A DNA stretch of 64,000 bases from Lingula anatina (lineage: Eukaryota > Animalia > Brachiopoda), in NCBI GenBank assembly GCA_051362555.1, contig CM120648.1, positions 16,364,587 to 16,428,586 of the forward strand, in the 5' to 3' direction. The stretch's first letter is position 1. Every line of letters begins with the position of its first letter. A program made the translations under genes and the position numbers. Shown piece by piece: positions 37,935 to 51,434 of this stretch. Under the pieces are notes generated by a model. The model did not search any database. It was not told the DNA's origin and saw nothing but the letters and a program-made list of their open reading frames with translations.

Positions 37935-39378
37935 GGCAGTTACAAATAAGGAGAAGGAGATAATTATGATTATTAAATAATAGTTGTTTATTGCAGACTT
38001 GTTTTGACAGAAAATAAATAGGGTTGTGTCTCTGAAAGAGAAAGCTTCCTCGGAACCGAAATGTGTCGCTTCACTTGCATATTGTAGCTTTTGTACCATT
38101 CATTTTGCAAATCGTAATTTGTTTTATAGTTTTGAATAGTGAAGGTTTTACTACCTTATTTGATATGATTTAAATGTAAGGTCAAAAACGCCATCGCTGT
38201 CAGTAACGATACCATTTATATTCAAATGTGTAGGATTCTGCGGACTAGCATGTCTACGTGATAATCAGCTTTAATATACTCCATCTCAGTTTTTCCCATT
38301 TGTTCTATCAAGGTAAAGAGCCCACTATGTTTTAACCATGTTGTTATGCTACGGCGTATTGGAATTAATACATTATTAAGGTCAATATTTTTTTCTTCTG
38401 CCTTTCTGTCACTAATTGAACGCATCGTATAAAAGAACCATTTCTGAAGGCGCCAAAGTATAAACTTCTATCAGTTAATAGACTGGTGAAGATTCTTTAA
38501 GTCTGAACAAAATGATACAAATAAAACAGGTATGCGTATTGAACTGATTTTTGTTCAGAATTCTTTTTCATAGTTTTCTGCTTTAATTTCATGATTTTTC
38601 TTACCTTTGCCCAAAATATAGTAACTACAGTGCTTGTCCCTTGTAGCGTTTGTTGTATAAAATTTTTTTTTTTTTAATACTCTAGGATTCACTCGTAACA
38701 TAGCAAAAGAAAGTCCGATGACCTTGCATCCTTTCCACCATCATGACGTTAACTGCGTCAGAGCACTACTTTCCTATGGTGACCTAATATATAAATGATA
38801 TAATACTCCGTATCTTCATAAATCTATATTATATTTTAATAAAGTGCTTCTTTGCTTTAATATTAGATTTAGTAATTGACAACGTGACAACTAACTCTCC
38901 TGGATACTTCAGTCAGTCTGCTGAGAGTGCGGGTGCAACCATTTTTAATTTTGCTTCGCAATCGAATAGTTTTAATATCCCAAATGGATGTTTAATATCC
39001 CAAACGAAAAACGAAAAGGTTAAGAGGTTCCTTTTCCCGTATAAAACATATTGGCAAGAAAAAAAAACCTGCAATGCATCAGTATGTAAATTTGACAACA
39101 CTAGGACAAGACGGCTGTTCAAAAATGATTCCCGTCTACTACATGTACGATGTTTTCATAATATTTAAATATTACGAACTCATGAGGATCGGCGTACTTT
39201 ATTTCTTATTCCCCTTACGATATGGCATGAAAAAACACCATATGTTTTTCTCCGGGGCAATCCATACATGTAATTACTCTTAATTGTATCAACCTAGTTT
39301 ATATTGATTGTCTGAATCTGATTCTGAATAAGTTCTCCGCCTGCTGGCGTAGACGCGTCGGGAAAGAGTATGTTTGCC

Positions 39379-39528
39379 AGTGCAACAGGAATGGAAGTCC
39401 GCTAGGAACTGTAGACCGCTTCCTCTTACTTTACACAGGTGACATTCGCCCCAAACACTAACCCCAATACTTCAACTAACCCTAACCTGTACTAACCATA
39501 TGGGAGGACTTCCATTCCTAGGACATCC
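39379..39528 (+). mobile_element. MITE, homologue of 11876-12031
   Basis: AGGAATGGAAGTCC...GGACTTCCATTCCT TIRs; internal CTAACCCTAACC. Confidence 0.7.
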
Positions 39529-40664
39529 ATTCACGCTGGTATTAATTAGTCACTGAGTATTGCTCTTCTGCAATAGTCAACAGGCTGAAGACAAACTACA
39601 GAGGTCTCTAGATGATACCAGTCCAGGAGATCCTCAATCATTTTACTAAATAATATAAGTCTGTGAGCTTTGCGACTGTCGTATAGTGGAAAAGGTCTAG
39701 AATTGTTGTCCTCTTCGAGACACACCCTCAATTTTAATATATTACAAGTTTCGCCTTTTTCACGCAACAATATGACGACCTCCCTTACCTTTGAAGCAAC
39801 ACTAAATTATCCAGCTTGTTATTTTCAGCGCTTGTTGGGTAAAGTACAGGGTACTTCCACACCACGGTATTTGAAGTCTCTAAGATTCAAGGCGCTGGAT
39901 TCACGTTTTTTCGTAACATAGCAAATATTATTATGCGGTCATGACGTCGATTACGTCAGAGTCACGTTCCTATGGTTCCAACGTGATCTGACTACGCAAA
40001 CCGAGAGTTATTTATTATTAGATCTCAAATAATAATATATTTCCATGTCGATGTGAGCGGACTATTGGAAATAATAGTTTACAGACTGATTTTTAAAAAA
40101 TTAAAGTATGGAAAAATGAAGCATTTGAGAATTTGCCCCGTGCCTTCGAAACAAAATACGTGATAGACTAAATGGAAAAAAATGTCCGCAAAATATCCGC
40201 ATTGAAATTGATCTCTCTTCTTTTTCTCTTTTTAATGAAAGACATCCGATATGCCATAACTCTCGCAAACACTTACATTAATCTCTTGTTGGTGTACAAT
40301 TTACCATAGTCCACGGAAGCACTTATGTTCTCTTCCAATGACTTTTATCAGAAGGGCAAATACTATTACCTGCAGAGTGTTTTATAATATCGATGCCCAA
40401 AGTGTCATATCGCATAGTGTTTACGCTTTAGAACTTAATGGCAATGGATCATTTCAACACAAAGCATTTTGTCACCATGTTACTTGTGCGCAACTGTTGA
40501 CATAATCGTGATCCATTCACCCAATTTTGAGGTTTTTAGATTTTGATTCCTGAGTTACTCTGGCATTAGAGATGAAGACTGGATGAATTATACTCGTTTC
40601 GGTAAAATAGAATTTTAGAACAATTTTGTCAACACTTTTGGGTGGGTAATGCCTTGGTGTTTAA

Positions 40665-40995
40665 AGGTATAACAACTCTTCATACGAGATTCATATTGCA
40701 CAATACAATGTAAATTACTCCCTGAAACATAATGAATTCCATTTTAACACCAAAACAGCGGTTATTGTAATCATTCTGGAATCTGCAGGTGCCTTCAGAC
40801 AACGTGGACCTTCATAGATGGCTATACCACCGTAATAATCTATTAATGAATAATGACAACATGAAAACTTTTAGAAATAAATAACTTTACTTTGAATGTC
40901 GAGTTAGGGAACGTCATATACCCCAGGGAATATTATTATTATAATTTATTTATTTTTTTATTTTTTTTTTGCCAAAACTAACAGTTGTTATACCT
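40665..40995. mobile_element. Kolobok-like MITE (TTAA TSD)
   Basis: TTAA|AGGTATAACAACT...AGTTGTTATACCT|TTAA; related ends at 33753 and ~45143. Confidence 0.8.
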
Positions 40996-41034
40996 TTAAG
41001 GTAAATGTGTTGAAAAGTTCCTATAGTACTTCAA

Positions 41035-41042
41035 TATATAAG
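41035..41042 (+). promoter_or_regulatory. Candidate TATA box of the lectin gene
   Basis: TATATAAG about 300 bp upstream of the ATG, followed ~30 bp later by an Inr-like TCAATC. Confidence 0.35.
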
Positions 41043-41342
41043 CTATGTGTGCACAGTAGGCCCTCAATCAATTATTTAGCCAGAAATCGAACGCAAAACA
41101 GGAATCTGGCGGAAGAGTTTTTTAGTTCACTTCAGTCAAACTAGGGTCGTAGATTGGTCAAGGCTGTGCATGCGCGAGTAGTCGTTAGGCTAACTTCATC
41201 ACAAAACGATATTTTTAACTTGCGAGCGTGCATCGGAAAAGTTTTAGTCGACTAGCTGAAAACTTTCGATTGAGTCGTTTTCCTCTGCCGCGGGCGCTTT
41301 GAAGATAATTATTCAGATAGACAGAGCTTTAACACGGTAACC

Positions 41343-42086
41343 ATGATGCGGAACATTTTGGTAATCTTAGCCTTGGTACCCCTGACATCTCTGGCGACAG
41401 AACTGGGCAGTGGGCACTCGTTCCGGATCCCACCCGGATGTGCTCGCGACCTCACGCTGCCGACGTCCTACGTCGCAAAAACGTTAGATGTCCGAGAGCC
41501 GTCGCGGTGCGCCTTGCAGTGCCTTCAGGAGAGCTGGTGCGAGGGATATAATCTGCAGGAGGTGGACGCTCTGCTGACGCCGTGTGAGTTACTGAACGGA
41601 AGAACAGATCGAAACGGGACCCACTTGATAGAGCGGGCCGGATTTATTTACCACGAAAAGGTCTGTTGCTGCTTGTTTTTTTTTTTTATATATATTTTTT
41701 TTTATTTGATTTGATTCAATTTATGCACGTACAATACACACATACCTGTGTACAGTTTACACGAACATGTATGCGTGATTATATGTACATGTTCAGTAGG
41801 GGATAGCAAACCAATAATGCTTTACGTTGAATATTCGATATGCTTATTCATGATGATCATATTTTAAAGATATGATTAACTGATGAAACCTGTTAAAAGA
41901 AAAGTGTCATTATACAATTGGAAAAAAAATCGCATCTTAAAATGTTTTAAATTATTTTTTACATTACGCGACGTGTCCATGTTGCCAATCGATATTTTTT
42001 TTTGTCAAACTTATTTTGTCTTGGGAAGGGGTGTAAGTCATGTTAACCAGTGACACCATATATCTCGTCCATTTTGAACTTGTAGG

Positions 42087-42127
<41 letters not shown>

Positions 42128-42338
42128 GATGATGATGTAAGAATTAAAGTTCCAAATACAATGGTAGTGACCATAAAATAAATGAAACCTCCTATCACCA
42201 TATTAGGAACTAGATTAATTTGAATTTATCTAAGATATATTTGATTTCACCAATTGTTTACGTTTTGTTTAAAATCTTTGCACATTGCTCTTCGCGATAT
42301 GGACAATGTGTGAAAAGATTTTGTTGCCTGAATTAAAA

Positions 42339-42377
<39 letters not shown>

Positions 42378-43495
42378 AATACTTTTTAAAAAAATATAAC
42401 GGTTTTAATTTTTTCAGGTCCCCTCTGGCTTCGTGTCGACAACATGTGACGCCTATGATCCTCGTAAGTACCGTAACTGGGATATTGTAGCATTTAAAAT
42501 GCGGTTCGCAAAACCACTCGGCAATGCTAGCCATAGAACATAATGCATTGTAGACACTTGCCTTTCCAGAGGCTGAATGATAAGTAACAAAGCTGAAATC
42601 AATGGGAGTTATTATAATCGTAATTATTGCCTATAAATTATGAATACTGGGTAACAGACAGAATTGTAGTGAATAATGCAACTAATTGAACGGCGTTAAT
42701 TGCTGTCGTGTATTTATTTTGCTGCTATCAGCCTGTTTTCAAAATATCGACCTGTTTAACAAACACGTTCGGGTCTGTTCTTTATGTATTGCCTATCGTC
42801 TGATAATGTTTATACGTTTTGGGCATGGTATACAGGTATATCGACTTGTTCACGTATCACCTATACGGACAAGGGTCCAAATATCAATAAGTATTGGAAT
42901 TGAACTTTATCGATACAGGTGGACGTAAGATCAATGGTTCTGGTGGTGATTGAACGTTGACTGACCCCTCGAACATGGGGAGTGCCGACGGATTTATTGA
43001 TAATCATTCCCGATTGTTATAAAGGGGCATAACCTCATTACCTTTGATTATTCTCAGTCAGTGGTGGCTCTTATGGGGTGGGGTGGGAGGGGGAGGAGGG
43101 GGGCCCATGACCTCCCTTAACCTCAAAGGTACATGAGTACTCTGTGCTCCGACCACCAGAAGAATAAAACAAGCGTAAGTAAACCAAACTAAATAATATT
43201 TTCAATGCTGATAATACTGTACATGCCCGTATAAATTATAATGGTGAACAAAACCGTCTGCTGAGAAATACGAATGAAGTCGGACACTGGAACTTACATG
43301 TACATGTACATTTAGCAACTAACCTGGGATGCGATCTCAACCTGAGACCTTTAAAATACTGGTAGATAAATGACCTGGATGGACTGGTCACCTGTCGGTC
43401 AGTTGCTATCTGTAAGGTCCAGTATCAGAATTATTCATATTTCGCATTCTTATTTTACTGGATGAGTAACATCTTGCACTCAGTTTCGTCTGCTG

Positions 43496-43526
<31 letters not shown>

Positions 43527-45614
43527 TCGCTTGCTGATAATTTTTTCCTTATACCTCCACTCATCCGACCACACCACCTGAAAAAAATTGGATCCAGCAG
43601 TCATGTTGAAGCATCGTATTTTTTTCTACTTAGACCTATAAGGCACGACGCAACAATAGTTTATTAAAGCTCACATAACGAATCAGTCATGCGATCCAGG
43701 CACTTTCCTGAAGGGTCGAGTCTGTTATGCCTTACAGGTAGATTTCAATTGCCTTTAAACTGTATACATGCATAACGATTTACGTTTTAATTACTTATGA
43801 AAAATCTCTATTGCATATGGGAAATGTGTTCTCATAAGTAAATACATGTTAATTTGGCGGATATTTCATGCAGTTGTTTTCTGGAAATGCTCTCCTGCAA
43901 TAAGCCGTTAAAATGCAATGTGAAAAAAAAAAGAACTGCAAATATCTTCACGGTCCTGCAATTATTTTTCGCTTTGGTTTGAAACCATTGAGAAAAACAA
44001 TTTCAGCGTTTGTAGTTTAATTTGGTGTTGCCTCAAAACCGGAGATGTTTGCTTTCGCTTGATGGGTTACATCTTGTTAATTGTCCGTCGCCTGGCAATG
44101 CGTGGTGGATAACTCGCGAATTATTGATTTAGTTTCGAATAACAACGCTGCTTTTTATGCACATCCATGCAATTAGGCGAATAGCCCAATCGTCTACTAA
44201 TTAAGCAGAGGAGGAAAATCAAAAATATGAAAAGGGCCAGAGCCAGTTGCTTGCAATTAACTGACAGTTCACAAAGATTGCCACGATGATTGAAGAGAGT
44301 GTCCACTAATTAGTGAGGGTAAAGATTTAGAACAGCAGATGTGGGAGAAAAGAAGTGATGAAGATCGATAAAAATACAAGTACACTGGGCAACAGTAATG
44401 GATAATCTGAAGAACTGTTTGATTAATAACACGCAGTGGTCTTAAGGAAACTGTCTATACTGTGGAACAAATGTTTAGGTGTTTATCTTTCCTGATAATT
44501 TTTCTAAACCGCCAGAATGGCCACACTAATATTTTTTTTCTCTCTATCACCCATATTTGATCAGGTGAACACTGAAAACATATATAAGAAAGAAAGAAAG
44601 AAAACAGGAAAATCTCCATAGAACCACCTTTATCCGCCCATTAGCAGTGGCTAAAGCTACTGTCATGATGCATGTCTCTTTTTTACTCACCAAGAGTTCC
44701 TCCAGTAAGAATCCCATAACGTAGATTTTTTGCGCTTTACCTCCTGTCGAAAAAATAAATGAATAAATAAATAAAACCCTCACCTTCAAAGCTCCTGCTA
44801 ACACTACATTTCATCGATAACTCAACAACACAGACCTCAGCTGTTCGTAAAGTGTTTTTAGTTTATTTTATTTTAATTAATTAATTAATTAAATAATTAA
44901 TTAATTATTATTATTATTATTTTCAAAATTTAGCTCCAGCAAGCGGTTTCATCAAGATAGACGCCAACTGGTACCTGTGGGTTGAGGCTCAGAAGACCTG
45001 GTCAGACGCGGAGGCTCACTGCCAGAGTCTTCACTCCTCTGCCCACTTAACGGACGTTCCTTCACTGAAACTGAACACGCGGTTGATCAACTACGCCAGG
45101 CATAATCAAGGAGGTAACACTGAACGTTCATGAAATCTTAAAGGGATAACAACTGTTCGGTTTGGCAAAAAAAAAAAAAAAAAAACAAAAAAAAAAAAAA
45201 GAAAAAAAAAGAAATAATAATAATAATAAATAAATGAATAAATAACAATAACAATAATAATAATAACAGTCCTTGTGTAAACAACGGTTTTCGCATACTT
45301 TTTTGTAGAAACATACGGAAGTGCCAACTAATATATATATCATAAAAGAAAACATTGTCAGAATTTTTTGTACGCATTTTACTAGTGGATCAAGAATGAA
45401 TTATATTGATCACGCAGCCGATGACCAGTGGATAAAATGTATGACATAATATATATATCATAAAATATTAATATTTTGCTTTTGATATTTTTTTTTAAAT
45501 AATTCCATTTATCATAATGATCTGTTTGTGCGTTAATACTTTATTAATTTCTGATAATTTCTGAAAATATTTTAATTATAAGGAATTAGGCATGTACCGG
45601 TACTGGTAAGAACT

Positions 45615-45650
<36 letters not shown>

Positions 45651-45891
45651 CCCTATTCTCCCTGTTACAGGGAACTTCTGGACAAGCGGTAACGATCAAC
45701 AGACAGACGGCCAATGGGTGTGGCAACATCCGGGCACCTCCGTTGGGTTCACAAACTGGAGAACTGACGAACCGAATGGCGGAACGAACGAAAACTGTAT
45801 GATGGTGTACAGTCAGCCAAGGGAAACCCACCATACTCAGTGGAACGACGCGCCGTGTTCGGAAACGGTGTCTTTTATTTGTAAGATTTAA
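41343..45891 (+). CDS. Secreted PAN/apple-domain plus C-type lectin protein, 4 exons, ~254 aa
   Basis: Exons 41343-41660, 42418-42463, 44934-45113 and 45671-45891 join in frame. Signal peptide; PAN pattern CALQCLQESWCEGYN...CELL; CTLD motifs KTWSDAEAHC, FWTSGND, FTNW, EPN, ENC, WNDAPC, FICK. Confidence 0.88.
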
Positions 45892-47674
45892 AGTAGAGTT
45901 TTTCTTTTTTTTTTTTTTTGGGGGGGGGGGGGGGGCGAACTGTTGTCTCTTTGAGACTTTTATCGTCTAAATTGTCCGTTTAAATTACAAACACTCCTGT
46001 TCATGAATTTTCTTAAGTGAAAAAGTACGCTCGTGCAGTGAATATAGAGAACGTGGCGACAGCAACCCGGAACGAGGGCTCTTTCCACTGCGCCTGAAAG
46101 TGTCACCAAGGCAAAGGGACGCTGTGGCACCCCTAGGAAGCTAGAGACTCTGGTCGCAGCTACATGTGCATGTGCCTAAGTGAATGGGTTTCACAACCTT
46201 ATCTCCAAGTAATTAATAATTGTGCATTATCATCTTATCTAGAAATCATGAAAAAGTTAAAGGCAATATGTTTTAATGTTATAATATACAGACTGCCGTT
46301 CAGTCTATAATCCTATATTTCTTCAAAACGCAAGCTTTAACTACAGGTACAATTTAATACAGATTAATAGAGTCCGATTTCTTAGTCTGTTTCTATGTAA
46401 AGTGCACTGAATATTGCATGGATTCTTTTTAAATAGCAAATAAACTATTATTATTATTATTTTTATATTTTTTTTTATCACAATGAATTTACCCACTGTA
46501 CCTCTGACAACTTATGACAAGTTACATGTAAAACCTCTATGAGAGCAGTGAAAATAACACCAACAGAAAGTAAATGTCAACGTTAATTTATAATCTTGAG
46601 ATACATGTAACATTCAAAAGTGGTACACACTTAAAAAGACTGTTACAGAGCACTAATTTTCTGTCATAATTGAGGACTTCATCTTTTGCGGAATCAATTG
46701 CTTATTTCAAGCAACAATCACTTAATCAATACTGATTGTTCTTTTATTTCTAATCTCAGACATTATTCCAGATAAACAATAGACAACATAACATCAGTCA
46801 GAACATAACACCTAAATATACAAGTACATGCCTTTGTTACCTGTGATTGAACACAATATTACTAAAAAGTTTCTCCCCTCTGGCAGTTTTCATTCTAATA
46901 AATAGAAATTCAACCATACACTTAACATATAGTCTACAATGTGAACCATAAGCCTTTTTTGTTCGAATTTCTGATAATATAAGCTTTAGTTATTAAACAT
47001 TTTCGTGAAAGAAATTTGATCGCAGAGCAAACACTGTCTGTGATATCAGTGCAGCCATTTTACTCTCAGTACTGGTAGTACATGCAATGAAACAGTATAC
47101 CTGTTATTATTATATTTTTTTAACTTTCTACCTTTGGTTGCACCTGCTGTCTTTTACATGTGGGTATTTTAAACAGAAATAAACATATTAAAATCTTTTA
47201 TACTGTACAGTAAAATAATTTTCCTGCAAATCCTAAAGGTATCTCCTACCTAAAACAGCTGACAAAATAACTATTTCAAAATCCATTTTAGAGGTCTAAA
47301 TTTCAAATTTCATTATTACAAAAACAATAATAATAATAATAAATAAATAAAATAAAATAAAATAATAATAATGAAGAAATAAAATAGAATTTTAAAAAAT
47401 AACCAGTCTTCATCTCTGTTTCGGGTTATTAGTTCACTTGACAAAAGTGTTGCACATGCTTTGTGAGTTGCAGTAGAAAAGCTGCAGTAACATGTCTTTC
47501 CAGAACTATTTTTGTATATATGCTGTCTTCTATGCTTGGTAAATGATAGCACAGACATTTCTACCATGTCCAGTCCATCTTGGCAAGTGCTGCCCTCTAT
47601 GCCTTCTTTGTAGCAGAAGAGTAGCTGTTACTATATATCCAGTAGTCCCGTATTTGTTAAACCTGTGCTGCCCC

Positions 47675-50600
47675 CTATGCTTGATAAGTGGTAGAGGAGA
47701 CATTTCCACCATGTCCAGTCCAGTTTGTGTGGACGTATTTCCCTGGAGTGGACAACAGCTGGTAGGTGTGTGCGCCAAAGTAGTCCCTCTGAGCCTGGGA
47801 TAGAGAGAACATAATTATATCTAGAGTATACACAACACTAGAACTAATTAAATTAGTCCCTCTGGGCCTGGGATAGAGAGAACATAATTACATCTAGAGT
47901 ATACACAACACTAGAACTAATTAAATTAGTCCCTCTGGGCCTGGGATAGATAGAGAATAATATTATATGTAAGGGGGGAAAGCATTTTTCAAAATCCGCA
48001 ATAAATTATTCACCAGCCCAGTGCCCATTTCCATGAAACTTTTTGACTCACTCATAGCTCCCATTCTTACCTATGGCTCTGAAGTTTGGGCACCATACTT
48101 TGTCAAAAACTCAAGTAAAGACAGCTACTTCCTAATTTGTGACAAACTTTCCATTGAAACCTTACATCTCAAGGCCTGCAAAACTATCCTAGGTGTTAAC
48201 TGAAAATCTCCCTCACATGCTGTCCGCGGAGAACTGGGCAGCTTCCCAATACTGACCACTGCCTACACACTGGCCCTCAAATACTGGCACAGCCTCCAAT
48301 ATAAAAAGCACCATGACACCACCTCCTTAGTTACTCATGCACTTCACGAAAATGAAAATTTAAACAGACTTAACACCTCAACCTGGTCAACCGGCATTAA
48401 AAATACACTGGCGCTCATTGGACGCCCTGACATTTGGGAGGACCCTTTTAAAATATCCATGACCGCACTCTCTTCCATAATAAAACCGCTTATCCAAATC
48501 TCTTATAGTTCGGCCTTTAAAGCTCACCTAGCATCCCTGAACACGGAGGGTAAAAAATTACGTACCTACAGTACCTTCAAAAAAGATTTTAAAAGAGAAA
48601 TATACACACAGTTAATCCACAAACCCAAATCTACATTCCTTTGCAAATTCAGGATAAGTGCCCACAATTTGGCAATTGAAAAGGGGAGACACATGAATCC
48701 TAAAATACCCATAGAGAAAAGGCTATGCACGGTGTGCAACATGGGGTCAGTTGAAGATGAGTTCCATTTTATGATGATATGCCCCTCTTATGCTCCACTA
48801 AGAGCCATATTCCTTAACCAGGTTAAAGATATACTGGGCAGTGCAGCCCCTGAGTCCATCAGTGACCTTTTTATTACCATACTGCAATGTAATGATTTTG
48901 ATATTGCAAAATGCACAACTAATTTTCTTTATGATTGTTTTAAAGCTAGGGATATGAAAATTGCATCCATGCTGAATAAAACCTAGATTAACTGAAGATG
49001 CAGTTTTCATATCCCCCTAAATAATAGTTAGTTTAATATAAGGTTTAGTGTAGCCTATTCTAGTTGAATCAGTTTTTTTTTTCTTTTTTTTTTTAATTAT
49101 CCCTATTTTGATCTTTATTGAGTAGTACATGTACTTTCCCTGCTTTAGTCTAGACATTATATAATGTATATCAAACTGTATATGGTAATCACTCTGCGGA
49201 TTACTTCTTGTATTTGTATTTGATCATGCCCGGATGTAGGGCAATTGTCAATAAACTTCTGATTCTATGTAGAGTATACCCAACACTAGAACTAATTAAA
49301 TTAGTCCCTCTGGGCCTGGGATAGAGAGAGAATAATATTATATGTAGAGTATACCCAACACTAGAACTAATTAAATTAGTCCCTATGGGCCTGGGATTGA
49401 CAGAACATAATTACATCTACAGTATACCCAAAACTAGAACTCTCATGAAACCAAATGGACAACATTTGGGTGAAGACAAAAAGACCAGTTGAAAGTAACT
49501 TAATTGTATCTCAATAATATTTCATTTCATATATTTCTGAAGCTTAATTATAATCTGAAAACTGCTTTTTTTTTCCTTTTTTGTCTTAATTGGGAGTGTC
49601 AAACACTTGTGTTTTTCTTAAAATACTTAATGCAGCAAAATAGTGACACACAATTGACTGTGCATGACCTCTGACACAAAATTAATAAACCTGCAAGGTG
49701 CTTCAGCCTGGCAAAACAGGGACCCCCCCCCACCCCCCCCCCCCCCCACACACTTCCACAAGATCAGATCCGACTGGGATAGTAATCCTACCTGTATGAG
49801 ATTAGCTGGTACTGTGGCAGATCTGTAGCCGTCATAGAAAGCCAGAGCTGTGCTGAAACACGGGGTGGGAATCCCCAGGGTCACTGCTGTGGACACCACC
49901 TTACGCCACGAGTCCTGAAACAGAACATTACAGGATTGATACAGATCTAGACAGCAAGGGTGGTGGACATACAGATCTTCAACAAAAATACCTGTACTTT
50001 TTACAGATCTGATACATGTACATATGTATATAAATTTATGGATTCAATGACAAAGTTATATATTTCAACTTAGATATTTACAAAGGTGATGGTTGTAGGT
50101 AATACTTAACCCAAAACAATTTGCAAACAGAAAACACATATACACAGTAGAAAAACATAGAAAAGAAATAGTCAGAAAAGCCAGTAAATATAGAGACATT
50201 AACCAAACAAAATACAGATTTAATATTCAAGTTCCAATTTGTGCAGACTTATTTGAGATAAATGATAAACATGCATCTGAGAAAGCATTTATGTGGTTTT
50301 TCAATTGTAAGTAAAATTAACAATATTTTCCATATGTATTATATATTAAGTGACTCTTGTGACACAGAGAAACATTAGTGCAACACCTACCTGGCAGTTG
50401 TGGATGGCAGTCTTGAAGAAATCATCCAGCAGAAGATTCACCAGATCTGGATTCTTGTCAAAAGCTTCTTTAATGTTGCTCAGAAATACACTGCAGTTAT
50501 AGAATAATAATAATAACGATAATAATAATTTTATACAATTTTGAATATAATAATAATAATAAGGATTGATACAGTATACAGGCCCGTAGCCAGCAATTTC

Positions 50601-51400
50601 AAAAGGGGGGTTCGTTTTCTGAAAAAGTGGACCTTTTTCAATAAAAACATCATGTACCTAGATCAAATGTTACCCAGAGTGGACCTTTTCCCAGCAAAAG
50701 GGGCGGTTCTTTAGAACCCCCCCCCCCCCCAAACCCCCCTGGCTACGGGCCTGGTATAGTTCTCTGTTCTAGCTTTCATACAACCTTAAATTCTGTTATC
50801 AGTTCTGTCAGTATACAATTAAGATGTTAACCCTAAGGGTCAAGATCATCAGCATTAAGTTACCTGGGTACCAAGTTTATTCAATTTCAACTGAAAATCA
50901 AAACAATATCTAACTCAACCAAAAAATCTACCAACCACAATTCATAACTCTACCACGCCTAAACACATTTTAAAACTATCAGGCCTGACACTAATTGTAA
51001 CATAATCACATCTAACACATTCTAAAACTATCACACCTGACACAATTACCCTGTCCACGTACCTTCTAATAATACACCCCCCTCTCCACATCAGGGCTAT
51101 TCCCCCAAAATTCAACTTCCATCCAAAGTTTTTGGCTGCCTCCCTCATCAGCATAAACCCCTGAGCATACGAGATGATTTTGGAAGCATACAGGGCCTGG
51201 AATAATATAAGGAGATATGTTATAACTTTGATTTAAAATTCATGTTTAATGTTCAACAAATTTTTCATTAAACTCACACAAGTAAAAAAAAAAACTTTTT
51301 TTTCTTCTTTTTTATCTGTTAAAAAATGTTTTTTGTTCTTTTATTTCATACCTATTTCTAAAAATCATTCTTACAAATTTTGATGGGTTCAAATTTTTAC

Positions 51401-51434
<34 letters not shown>

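Noticed and set aside
47657-47677. Stop-codon readthrough of PGD to add a peroxisomal targeting signal
   Set aside because: Readthrough of TAG would add only X-GAAQV before TAA, which is not a PTS1 tripeptide, and the context is not a known leaky one.
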